Source: Selaginella moellendorffii (lineage: Eukaryota; Plantae; Lycopodiophyta). From it: a stretch of DNA of 60,041 nucleotides. The notes under the pieces are model-generated. The model saw only the letters and a list, made by a program, of their open reading frames with translations, was not told the origin of the DNA and made no database searches. Positions 33,835 to 45,821 of the stretch are shown in pieces. Each line of letters begins with the position of its first letter. The first letter of the stretch is position 1. Location of the stretch: positions 6,365-66,405 of the forward strand of contig NW_003314421.1 of the NCBI RefSeq assembly GCF_000143415.4. Direction: 5' to 3'. Position numbers and translations under genes: made by a program.

Positions 33835-36104
33835 GATCCGTACCGAGTCTTAAAGGCTGTCCTCTCCACATCCTGATCCGCCACCCGTATCTGATGATAT
33901 CCGGACCGCAAATCAAGTCGCGTAAAATACTTAGCCTTTAAGAGTTGGTCAAACAAGTCATCAATGCGAGGCAAAGGATAACTATTCTTGACCGTGATCT
34001 TATTGAGTGCCCGATAGTCAATACACATCCTCATGGTTCCATCGTTTTTCATAACAAAAAGGATTGGTGCTCCATAAGGTGACTTGCTGGGTCGGATATG
34101 ACCTTTGTCAAGAAGCTCCGTGAGTTGCTTCTTGAGTTCAGCCATCTCCTTGATGTTCAACCGATACGGAGCTTTTGTAGGTGGTTTAGAACCCGGAATA
34201 ACCTCAATCCGATGATCAACCTCATGGCTAGGGGGTAGCCCTGGTGGCAAATCCTTCGGGAAGATATCCTGATTCCGTGCCAACAACTCCAATATCTTCT
34301 TTGGTACAGGATCAACCCCGTCGCCAATTCGAACAGAGTCACCCACACTCTCAGCTTCCATCACTTGAACCCAAAAGGTCCGACATCCCCTCTTAGCTGC
34401 TTTTTGAGCAGCCCTCGCAGTCAGGAACTTTTCATCCCAATCCCTTGAGGAACGCTTTTGCAACTGAAAGGACACATCGGGTCGTCCCTCGGACTTCAAC
34501 GTGATACGACTTTGTCCAGCACCATAAATCCCTTTTATATACTTGTTGAAGAAATCCATACCAAACACCATCTGAAAATCTGGTATCTTCAACACTACCA
34601 AGTCCACTCTTTCTTTCCACTTGGATATCTTTATTGGAACATCACTCACAAACTTTCTGGCTACTTGCCCACCTTCCGCAAACCGGAAGTGCATAGGCGA
34701 CATTTGCTCAGCATTCAATCCTAACAACTTAACTAAGTTTTCGGATATCACGTTGTGCGTAGCTCCCGTGTCAATCATCACTTGGATTCGGTGTCCACGG
34801 ACAAAGCCTACCAGATACATCAACGGATCAGTGTTTGCATTGACTGCAAGAAAAGCTTGAGGAAAGCAACAAAAGTTACTCACCTCTTCTTCCTCATAGT
34901 TTGCATTGACCAACTCGTCAACTCCTTCAGCTTCACCACCACCGTCTTCCCTCATGACATTAACCCGAGATCTTGTCTTATGCTTGTTGGGACATTCCGA
35001 GGACCTATGTCCTGACTCTCCACAATTGAAGCAATGACCCACACTACCCGTTCCGCTAGGAGCAGGTTTTACAGGTTGCTGCTGCTTATACCCACCAGGA
35101 GGAGGAACAGAGGGCCTAGGACCAGAAGAAGCTGCTGGTGGTCTCCAACCACCACCACCTTTGTTAACTGTTGCTTGTGAGCCTCCAGGGCGGAACCTGC
35201 TTTCCACCCTCTGTTTCCGATCACCTTTTTTATTCCCAGAATTTCTATTCTTATCTGAGTTACCAGCATACAGTTGCTAATATTGTTCCATGAGCGAGTG
35301 ACTAAAGGCAACTTGCTGTGCTGCCTCCTTACACTCCAAATATGTCTTCGGCTTAAACTTCAAAATCTCATTACGAGAAAGTGAACTTAAACCCTCCAGA
35401 AAATAACTCCGAGCATCTTCGTCACTCATATTTGCAATCATAATGCGTTTCTGAGCAAACACATTAACGTAATGCATGAGATCCCCTCGCTGCTTTAACC
35501 GCCGCATCTCTGTGCGAAGTCTTAGACCAAGATCATCCGGCAAGTATTCCTTACGGATACGAGACCGCATCTTGGTCCAACTTCTAGTCTGCCCTTTTTC
35601 AGCACACACTTGGCGCCACCAAGTTTTGGCATGATCGGTGAGAAAGGATTGCGCGCACGCAACTTTCGTACGATCATCTACGTCTGCCGCTATGAAGTAG
35701 TTCTCCATATCGTAGACCCAGTCTTCCAAAACCTGATAGTCCCGCATGCCTCTGAAGTTGGGTGGTTTTGGGGGCTTGAACTTTGAAACTCGTGCAACCG
35801 GGGGTGGCTGCAGAACTTCATCGTCCTCAGAACTTGAGGAGGAGTCTGGTTGCTTAGGCTTAGCTGGTTTAGCTGCCTCAGCTTCTTTCTTCCTCTTCTT
35901 GTTCTCCTTCTTTAATTTGTGAATCTCCCTTCGCAAATTCTTGATCTCGACTTCCTGAGCCGTACGCTGCAGCGCCACAGCAACCGGCTCTTCCTCTTCT
36001 GACTCAGCCTCAGCCTCTTCCGCAGCATCTCTAGCAGGAGTTTCCTCCTCTCGATTCGCCCGTCTAGAGGTTTCAGCGTCATCAGCACGGTTCCTCTTCA
36101 CCAT
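33835..36104 (-). pseudogene. gag-pol: Gag-PR-RT(N) of gypsy C
   Basis: [40 protein letters not shown]; stops near 35277 and 35220. Confidence 0.92.
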
Positions 36105-36295
36105 CCTGCTAGCTGCATGCATGCCTCTATCAGTAACTGAACATGCATACAACATTCTTACCGAATGGTGCAATCCAACTAATCCTACACAGGTCGCTTC
36201 GGATCTACTAGAAAAGTCTCTGCGTATGCAACTTGAGTCAGAAAATCCGACAAAAGTTGGATAGGAATCGCTGAGACAATCCCTCTGATACCAAA

Positions 36296-37211
36296 TGTAG
36301 CGCACCTGAATTTGGAGCCGAACTCCAAGCCCGTTGCGCTACGAAACGAGGGTCTGGTACAATCCCACGAGCACCAGCTCCCCGTATCCAGCACCTGCAC
36401 GCAAAATGGTGTCAGACGGAGTCTGGCACAATTTTGGCATACCGGTGGCCTAACGCGAGGAGGAGGGTACTCCACCGACTAGAGCAGCGTGGAGCTTGGG
36501 CTTAGACCCAAGCCGGACGCAGAACAAGGAGCGACACAGCCCAGCGGGAGCCAAACTAATGTCTCAGGTGGTCGGACATGCATTCCAACCACTATCCCTA
36601 CTATACATTTGGAACCCCCCACAGCCCACCCCCCTTGAGGGACACACGCTTTGGGCTTTCACCCCAAGCCTCCCTTAGTACCAGGAGTTAGTCTCTGGGA
36701 CAAGTCCAAAACTTACCAAATATGGAATGGCGCTAGATTGCGAATTTGGACACGGGACGAACACCATTGTGTTCAGGCCGACCTCTACACTCCGTAGATA
36801 TGCCAAATGAGCAAATCTAGACACTTTCCATAAATAGCATTTGGGACAAAAATGAGACTAACACAAAGGGCGTGATAGCGAGAGTGTTTGGCGGACACGG
36901 TAAGCTATCATCCAGCGATATTGAGGGACTAGTCTCAATATGCGAGGGTTCTTGCCAAGCCAATGCAAGACAGAGCAAAAGAGAACTAAGAGCCAGGCCG
37001 AGAATGCTCAGCTAGAAACACATAGGAGTTCCTACCTTATGTCCATCTGGCTAAGTACAGATGCTAAGCCCAGTAAGCTAACACTTGGACAAGAGGGGCC
37101 AATAAAGGGAACCAGCAGTACCGACCTCCTGCCATCATGGCAGTAAGGAGAGAGTGTCCGTAAGGACTAGCCGACAAGTATCCTTCGATACCCGAAGTCA
37201 CATTCGCAACA
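36296..37211 (-). repeat. 5' LTR of gypsy C
   Basis: Direct repeat of 15888-16805, adjacent to the PBS. Confidence 0.95.
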
Positions 37212-37216
37212 AAAAG

Positions 37217-38946
37217 GCTGCCTTAGTTCCTTTAGTGAGTTGTCCTCTCGTGGACACCAGGTTTAAGCAGGATTCTTTGGCCTTGCTTTGCCCTACCTTT
37301 AGATCCTGGGCCTCCACCCTAGATCTTCTTCCTTGGGCATTCGCCAGTACCACAAGGTTCCTACCTTGTCCATGTAGGGCTACCACGAACCGATTGAACC
37401 AATCCATTCCGAAGATCACGTCAAATCCCGCCATGTCTAACACGGTGAAATCCATGTCTACTTTCCATGTCCCTACTTCGACTTTCGCTTGTCGAAGTAC
37501 CTCATCGGTGCTTTGGCTACCTTGAACAAACTCTATAGTCCTTGGTTCGCCTAGCCGCTGCACCGTTAGTCCGGCTTGCCGGACTATGTCTGCAGCCACA
37601 AAATTATCCGAAGCACCCGTGTCAATAAGGATCTTAACAAAGCTACCTCCGAGCTTCCCTCGGAGGGCTAGTAGATGTCGCGAACGACTCTCTACCAAAG
37701 TTGCTCGTGTAATGAGCAACTTTGAGTTAAGGACTGGATCACATACCTCAGTTTGGACTTCACCCGACTTGATGGCCATATTGGCTCTGGCCTTCTTCGG
37801 GTAGGGACATTCCCTCGAGAAGTGTCCCGCTTCACCGCAGTTGTAGCATATGTTGTTTCCCACGCTGCTATATGACTTGACCTTCTTATCCGTGGGTTTG
37901 TCTCTTTTCGCTTGACTCCCCCACGTACTCGCTCGCTGGCCACCGGATTTGCCTTTCCGGAACCCCGAGGACTCATTCTTAGAGAAACTCTTCTTGAATT
38001 TCCCCCTGCTATACGTTCCCCTTGGTTTAGCCCCTTTGCTAAACGTGGATCCCGACCCCGTCGTGTTCCCCTTTCGCAGATTATCGTTGAAATGCACCTT
38101 GATGGCCGCATCCAATGCTTCCTTGTAGTTGGTCGGGTTCCAGCGCATCACTTCACCGCGAGCCCAGGTTTGCAAACCTGATATAAAGGCATGGAACGCA
38201 TCCATATCCCCCATGTCCGTGACAAGTATCCTCTTTGCCATGAACCCATTCACATATTCCTGGATGGTTCCAGTCTGCTTCAGCCTACTCAGCTCATCTC
38301 TTAGATGCAGAGTGGCATTTGGAGGAACGTATGTTGCGCGGATCCTCGCCTTCATCATGTCCCAGGTGGCCACCGGTCCTTCGTTGGCCTCCGTTGTTCT
38401 CCACCAAGACTTGGCATTATCTGCCAAGTATGGTTTTGCACATGGGACCTTCTCCGAGCTCGGTAATCGCAACGCTCGGAAGTAGTCCTCCATATCGTAA
38501 AACCAATCCTCCACAACCTTATAGTCGTTCACTCCCTTGAACACCGGTGGGGGCTTTGGTTTGTACTTGGGAACTGCCTGAGGGACTGATTCCACTTCGG
38601 TCTGTTCGACCTTGTCTTGTTTTGCCTCAGTCCCTGCCAAAGGGTCCGCACCTTCTGCGCTGCCAGCATCCGCAGTCTTTCGCTTTTTCTTCCGCTTCTC
38701 GTCACGCTTTAACTTGCGTATGAGAGTCTCTAGCAGGGCATTGGTCTGTGCCAGTTGTCCTTCTAGCACATCCAATCGAGCCTTGGACGACCGAACCTCG
38801 CCACCGGACTCCTGTTTGGAAGTTTCCTCACTGGAGTCCTCCTCATGCAAGGATTCCTCATCCATAGCCTCTTGTTCGACTGGAGGCTCCAGCTTCGGCG
38901 GAGGTTCCGTCTCCGCCTGGGTTCGCTTACGCCCTGCCCTTGCCAT
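37217..38946 (-). CDS. gag: Gag-protease of gypsy B (truncated by the gypsy C insertion)
   Basis: 582-aa ORF with CCHC knuckle and LIDTGAS; near-identical to gypsy A gag. Confidence 0.9.
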
Positions 38947-39005
38947 TTCCCAGCAATCCGCCTCTATCCTTCGCTAGAACTGAGGAAAAGGCTCCGATAC
39001 CAAAT

Positions 39006-40152
39006 TGTAAGCCACAAATTTTTCCTTTCCAATTTGCCAGCTTACCTCGTCTATCCGTCCAACACTGCCTTGGCTTTTGCTAAGTTCCCTTGCCAAGGTT
39101 CTCGCCTATGGTACCAGCTCCTACTTGGTTTCAGCTACTCACTGCACGAGCAACGGAGTGTTAGCCATCCTTCCACGGATTCCCAAATCACTCTCAATCC
39201 CCCTCCCTGGGTTAGATTGGACTAAGGTTCGGCTACACTCCCCGCAAGCACAAGCAGCCAAGCACACCAAGCTTCCAGGTTCCTAACATCCCTTGGTACC
39301 ACAAGACTTGATCATGGGACCCTCTAAATCCCAAGTCTTGAGTGCAACACTTGCTTCGGGACGTCGGGGCGAAACACCGTGGCCTAGCGGCCCGGTATGG
39401 GTACCTCTTGCCCCCCACTTCCATCCCGAAGGAAGGCCCAAGCCCCTAGGAAGGGCGAGGACCAATGAGCCGCATGGTACTCAAGTGGGGCACCACTCCA
39501 CATGAGCCGGGAGCACCGCAATCGGTTTCCCTTTCGGGAGTGGGAGCTGCTCTTGAGCACTTCCTTGGATGGCCCCTCCGGCACCAGCCAAGTCCATGCT
39601 CACTCCCACCCAAGGCCCTTTGGTCCCAGTCTCAACCTCAAGTCGGTTTGGGAGCTCCACTGGAGAGTCCCTTCAAAACTGGTTCCTGGACCTCACTATC
39701 CCTACTATACTTTTGGAACCCCCTGCAGCCCCCCGCCCCTGGGAGACACACGCTTTGGGCTTTCACCCCTTGACCCGTATTAGTACTGGGACTTAGTCTC
39801 TGGCTCGATCTCGGATCCGATTTCAGATCCGACTTCGGATTCGGTCTCGGACTCGATCGCGGACTCGATCTCGGACCCGATCTCGGACCTGATCTCAGAC
39901 TCGACCTCGGACTCGGTCTCGGACCCGATTTTGGATCTCGGACTCCGTCTCGAACTCGGTCTCGAACTCGGACTCGAACTCGGTCCCCGAGTCGGTCTCG
40001 GACTCGATTCCGGACTCTATCTCGAACTCGGTCCTAGAGTCGGTCTTGGACTCGATCTTTGACTTGGTCCCATCCGATGAACTCTTTGTCATTTTGGTCA
40101 TGTTTTCGGGGTTCCTTTAGCCTACGACACCTCGGCGAGTTGGTTCCTTACA
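39006..40152 (-). repeat. Full-length 5' LTR of gypsy B (1147 bp), with internal TCGGAC/TCGATC tandem array at ~39803-40070
   Basis: TGTAAGCC...CCTTACA; follows the PBS. Confidence 0.92.
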
Positions 40153-41838
40153 GGTTTATCTCTATGAATATTTGCTAGGGCATGGTAGAAAGTGCAAAGC
40201 TATCCTCCTAGTCTTGAGGGGAATAACTGAAGGAAACGTATGAGGCTAAAAAGCAAGTAGTAAAGGGATAGAACCCGACCATAGGAAGTGAAGGGCATAA
40301 CCAAGGGTGGTTATGCAAGTTGAGAGTAAAAAATCAAATGAGTGCTTGAAGGTGTTGCTATTGGCAACTATGATGCCATGAATAATCTAAAGTATAGAAT
40401 TGTTCATGTTAGACCATATGGTAATTAGAAAGCTTGCAAAAAGGAAAGGCATTAGCAAGCTAAAGAACAGAGTTCCTTGAAAGTTCCTAAAGACAATTCT
40501 AGATAGATAAGTATCTAAAAAGCCAAGTGTAAATGGTTCATAGAGCGCACGAAATTAGAATGGCGCAGCAGAAGCATAGTCTTGAAGCTTGCTATGAGTT
40601 TGCTTGAGGTGAGGCTATCAACGTTAGAGAAGTAGTTTCCGAGTGTTTAAAGAGAGGGCTTTGAACGAAAGTTTAGAGTCTTGATGCATAGTTAGATTGC
40701 CTAGTGTGAAAGCTCGGCATATCTAACTTGAACATTTTGGTGCAAGTGGCACTAAGGACGTGGTGAATGAGATGGGAACACTCAATCTTAGTTGTTATGA
40801 ATCCTTGGTTGAAAGGGCTGGCTTGGGCGCACCACCAAGTGTGGGGGATGCCCCCGGAGTCATAGTCAACAATTTAAAAGGTCTAGAAGACTTAGTTCTT
40901 ATTGATAGACTTGTTAAGGGGTCAAGATGAGATCACTAAGTGATTTTATGGCTAAACAAGGACAAAGTCCTTGTTTGGGTTGAGGAATAAGATTCCTAGT
41001 TCAAAGTGTTGATTTGAACTATTAATAATGGTGTGGCTTGGTCAAGGTGACCAAGTGGGAAGGACACCAAAAAGGAAATCAATTATGTCAATACAATGGT
41101 ATAATGAGTCCAAGAAAGTAGTCTCTAGGAGAGACCCATGGGAGGGTCACAAAGTTGGGCCATGAATGGAGCCCATAACAAAAAATGCTAAAGAGACCTA
41201 CTAAGGGTGAGTGCCCTTTGGACTCAGCAAAGTAGAGGATTTGCCATGGAACCCAAAAGGATACTTCAAGAATGGAGGTAGTGTAATCTTATGTTGTTTG
41301 GTGCAACAATTAATAGATAGGAGTAAAAGACTAGTGGCCAAGTGTGGGCCATAGAATTCATTAAAAAGCAATCCAAATTGCAAAGTTAGGCGAGGAACAT
41401 TAATGTGTTAAATGCTGACGAATTGTGGGAAGGGAAGTGTATTTCCAAAGATGAATTCCCAAATGCTCTAATTTGGCAAAGGTGAAAGTTCCAAAGGAGG
41501 GAGCAGCAAATTAGCCAAATGATAAAGCCGTGGACAACTCTAGCACAACTTATGATAACTAAAACTTAGTGCCAAAGGTGGCACAAAAAAGAAAAGAAGA
41601 TGATGGTGCCCTCAAGTAAAGAACTTCCTAGGATGGGGATATGGAGTTGCACAATATGTGCAATAAAAGGTGTCAGAGACACCTAGGAAATTGACTTCGA
41701 GATAAACTTATGTATTATTATTTAATTATATGATCACTTTACCCCGGGTTCGAACCGGTGTGTGAACACTGTCAATACTGTTAAGATACAGAGCAAGGTT
41801 GAAAAACTACAATGTCGTTCCTGCTCCATGCAAAACAG

Positions 41839-42513
41839 TCAAGAGCAACTCTCCTCCTCCAGCTTCGCAACATACGCCTTGAGCGTGAGCAGCAGATTCC
41901 TGGCTGGAGCCTGAAGGACCCCCATCACTCTAGCCGACAGCGCCTTGAGAGCCCCCAGCAGCTTCCCATAGACCAGTGGACCTTCGGCGTCTTCGGCAGT
42001 TTTCTTCTTCTTGTGTGTGTTGATTCTTTTCGCACGTTCTTTTTTTCGCCGTTTTACTGGTTCCGCTTTCTTCTTTTCCAGCATAGCCTTGGACATCTCA
42101 TTGGGTTCTTCATCTATCTCTTCCTCTTGCATTGGTGGAGGAGACGCTGGTTCTATCTGGTTCGCTGGAGAAGCATCTGCTCGAATCTGGTGTTCTAGAG
42201 ATGGTTGAGGGGGCACTGGAGTAGTCATCTCCGGCTGTCCAGTCATTCTCGGCGGAAGAGTGAAGTCTGTGAATTCTCTTGCATCTTCAATGTTCTCCAA
42301 CATCGCAAGTTTTTTCGGTTCGTCGTCCTCAAGGAGCACACCTTTTTTCCCATACAAAATCCCACAGAGAAGCATGCTCTGGCACCTATACGATACCCAC
42401 TGCTCGTCCTTTCCAAGCTTTGAAAGGAGGTTCCTAATGAATGGAACTGAGATCAGTGGGTCTCTCGTAATCCCCTTGTACTTCGCATGTTCATACCAGC
42501 CTTGTGTGTCCAT
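41839..42513 (-). CDS. Hypothetical protein fragment (224 aa; Pro/acidic and basic tracts), probably TE-derived
   Basis: Open ATG-initiated ORF amid degenerate retroelement DNA; no motif recognised. Confidence 0.3.
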   Translation of the reverse strand: MDTQGWYEHAKYKGITRDPLISVPFIRNLLSKLGKDEQWVSYRCQSMLLCGILYGKKGVLLEDDEPKKLAMLENIEDAREFTDFTLPPRMTGQPEMTTPVPPQPSLEHQIRADASPANQIEPASPPPMQEEEIDEEPNEMSKAMLEKKKAEPVKRRKKERAKRINTHKKKKTAEDAEGPLVYGKLLGALKALSARVMGVLQAPARNLLLTLKAYVAKLEEESCS

Positions 42514-42569
42514 CGTTAACAGGCCAAGTTACGGTTTGTCGTGTTCTGAGTACGCGTAGAGAAAAGTTT

Positions 42570-43685
42570 TGTGGTGCTGAAACAATTGTTGAGAGAGACT
42601 CCAGTGCTTCACATTGCTGATCCATTGAAACCTTACAAGGTGACATGCGATGCAAGTGGTTATGCATTGGGAGGGGTTCTCATGCAAGAGGGACAGCCTA
42701 TTGCATATGAGAGTTGAACTTTGAATCCTGCGGAGCAACACTATTCCACATATGAGCAAGAGTTACTCTTTATTGTTCATGCTTTGTAGACATGGTGGCA
42801 CTATCTTTATGGTGTAGTGTTCGTGGTGTTAACAGATCACAAACTACTTATGTATCTTTTCACACAAAAGGAACACTAGGCAAGTTCGTTGGATGGTCAA
42901 ACTCATGAAGTTTGGGGAGTTTCCTATTGAGCATCGTTCGGGAAAATCAAATGTAGTGGTAGATGCTTTATCTCGTGTTTATTATGTGACGATGTTACAA
43001 ACACAATTTTGTCATCATTTGAGTAAAGTGGTCAGCAAGTTTGGGCAATTGGTTGACCGTGCTCAGGCTCAGAATGCTGAGGTGGCCTCTTTGAGCCCAC
43101 CTCAAAGAGGCCACCTTCCACCAGATAGAAGCCCCTTTCTCATTGGTGGATGGAATTTTCTACTACAATGGCCGTGTATATTTGCTAGGATATAGTGATT
43201 CCGAGGTGACTAATCAGGCCACAGAACTTGATGAGATTCTGGTGGTGTGTAAACGGAACTTGCAGGAAGCTCAGGATAGAGTGGAGAAATTTGCTAACGA
43301 GCATCGCCAATTCCAGGAATATAAGGTGGGTGATCTTGTCTTCGTGCGAGTGATCTTTCCGTCAAGTGAGTGGCGGAACACCTTGGTGCCTTTACGGATA
43401 GGGAAGAGTGATAAACTTTCCCATTGATATGCTGGTCCATATGAAGTGCTAGAGCGCATTGGTACAACGGCTTATTGGGTGCGGCTGCCAGCTGGGGTGA
43501 AAATTCATCCAGTATTTTACGTCAGCCAATTGAAAGGTGTATTATCTCGGAGTGATGGGCCCAATGCCTCCTTGATGTATACAGTTGTGGAAGATGGACC
43601 ATAAGCTTGAGCAAGGTTCCTTAGAAAGAGTGATCATTAGTACAATGCATCCTTGGGACAAGGACTTTGTTAGGGGGGGAAGAAT
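42570..43685 (+). pseudogene. pol: Degenerate Ty3/gypsy pol remnant (RNase H and integrase tail), followed by a PPT and probable LTR start at 43686
   Basis: [44 protein letters not shown]; AGGGGGGAAGAAT then TG. Confidence 0.75.
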
Positions 43686-45821
43686 TGTTAAGTGCCAGCT
43701 TTGACCACATGGTCAACATTGGTCAAAGGGAGGCTCAAGGGTATATTAAGGCATGTTAGGGTAAAGAATTAAACCTACCCTAGGGCTTACAGTGCAATGG
43801 AGCTTTTGATGGGTGGTGAAGAACCTTAAGAGGTGGCGTAGCATAGTCTAGGGTAGCTAGATCTCTATCTTTTTGCACCGGATCTTAACAGTGATAAAGT
43901 GGGAATATGCCCAAGTCGGAAGAATAGAATATTTGCCCCACCACATCTTGGAATGCGCTGGAATGGAAATACCGGAAGGTTGGAATAGATCCAACATCCA
44001 ACCACTAAACCTCCAACAGGAAAAGGTCAGCAGTTCAAAACTCAATAACACCCAAAGAACAAGCGGCCGTAGGATTCAAACATACAACTGCAGCACAAAA
44101 AGCGGTTGCTAAATGTTTACATCTGGGCCGGGGTTACACGGGAGTAGGTCATTAGGGTTCCAAGAGTAGAGGCAGTAGTTGCCCAAATCACCAAGTCGGA
44201 AGGTTTCAGCATGACGGGCACAATCAACATGAGCCAGTTCGGCATCAGGTTGAAGATCAAATTCTAGAAGGGATCAATAACTGCCAATGGTTCAATGCTC
44301 GACAGCTCAAAGGTAATTTTGTACTTCTTGAAGATGCGCCACCAGCATAGCAACACCTGTTCTACACACGGATGATCCTCGCCATGGACACCTGCCGGAA
44401 GTCCATCCAGCTGATGGGCTGTGAGTTCTGACACACGGCCAAACTCTTCAGCCAGGCGTTTGAGCTTCTGGGAGCAGAGTTGCAGATGGAAAAGCCACCC
44501 TCCTGGGGCTTGTCAATTGTTACAGCAGGAAAACCGCAATTGTTCCACTTACACATTAATGTGCATGCTGTTCCATTCCATTCTTCGAATCGATCTTGGA
44601 GTGCCGAGTTGGATGGGCAAAAGCAGCCTGGAAAAGTTGGTGAGGCTGGCGATCCAGCACTCCTCGTTGTCGTAATTCATGTGAAGCTTATCAGAGACCA
44701 TCCTGAGAATAATCTCACAGCAAGCAAGCATCAAGGAGGTTGCCCATGTACTGAGAAACAGAACTGTACTTCTGAACAGGCTACAGGCTGAAGCCGCACA
44801 GTTCCAACACAGGGTGAAGGAGGACATTAGTTCAATAGACAGGGAAGAGTTCATGAATCTACTGAGGATCACCATCGAGATTGTGGACCAAGACAGCGAA
44901 ACATTCATTCATGACCTCGCCAACAAAGCCAAAATGCAAGCTCAGCTCCCGTTGTTCTTTCATTTTGAGCTTTCAAATTGCCTGGCTTCCCTTGAGCCTC
45001 AAAAAGACAAATCTCCTTTTGCTGTTTACAACACCAGCAACTCTGAAGACTCGTGGGTTGCAAGACTAGGTCAAAGAAGCGGAAATCAAGCTTGCTGTGA
45101 TCGAATTGAGAGATTCTGATGATCTTAAAGCTAGTGAACTTGAGGTCCTGCTAACAAGAATCAACAAGAAGTCATCCATTGATGTCTGCTACTACATCTT
45201 CTTCAAAGTCTCTGATTGGACTGTGGTGGAGACAGTGATGAAGAAAGCGGGTCTCGGATAGATTCTCTATGGTGCTTTCGACTTTAGCCAAAAGAATCCG
45301 TTTCTTAGGAGTGTAATTGATTTTGGTCATAGTGGCTTCTTCCACTCAAATGGCACATTCTTGCATAACAACCGCATCAAAGCTCTATTTCGTTAAAGTG
45401 GGAATTGTCATTATCCCACTTGTAAAATAAGGTTTCCAAACCTTTATATAGTATATAAATATAACAAAATTCAACTGCATTGAGGCACATGCCATTTTAT
45501 TTTAAACAAGGAAATGTCTACTCAATCACTTCTCCTCCCCCTGCCACTGCTTCACCTCTCTCTTCTCGTTGTCATCGTCGTCCAATTTCTTTCCATCCTT
45601 TTAATATTGGCTCAGTTGCTCCGAGTCTAGGTGGAGCCCAAGTCCCCATTCAATCTTTACTTTCCCCTTATTAATAAAACAACTTCGTAGACTTCCAATA
45701 ACATGCTGTAACACTTCTAGTATAATGCAAATCCTCTCAAAGAATTGTCTTTTAATATTAATACAATGGCATGGAACCCCATGCCATAATAAGTTACATT
45801 TTTAAATAAATACATGCCATC

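Larger units (their letters stand above)
15888..37211 (-). mobile_element. Ty3/gypsy chromovirus C (family 2), inserted into gypsy B and itself interrupted by Sola copy 2
   Basis: Direct LTRs 15888-16805 and 36296-37211 (TG..CA). TSD AAAAG (15883-15887 / 37212-37216). PBS TGGTATCAGAG before 36296. PPT at ~16806-16818. Confidence 0.95.
12405..40152 (-). mobile_element. Ty3/gypsy chromovirus B (family 1); 3' LTR cut by Sola copy 1, pol split by gypsy C
   Basis: LTR tail 12405-12439 plus PPT; pol 12845-15887; gag/PR 37217-38946; PBS TGGTATCGGAGCC (tRNA-iMet type); 5' LTR 39006-40152. Highly similar to gypsy A. Confidence 0.92.

Noticed and set aside
39895-40101. ETESE-repeat ORF
   Set aside because: Translation of the LTR hexamer tandem array.
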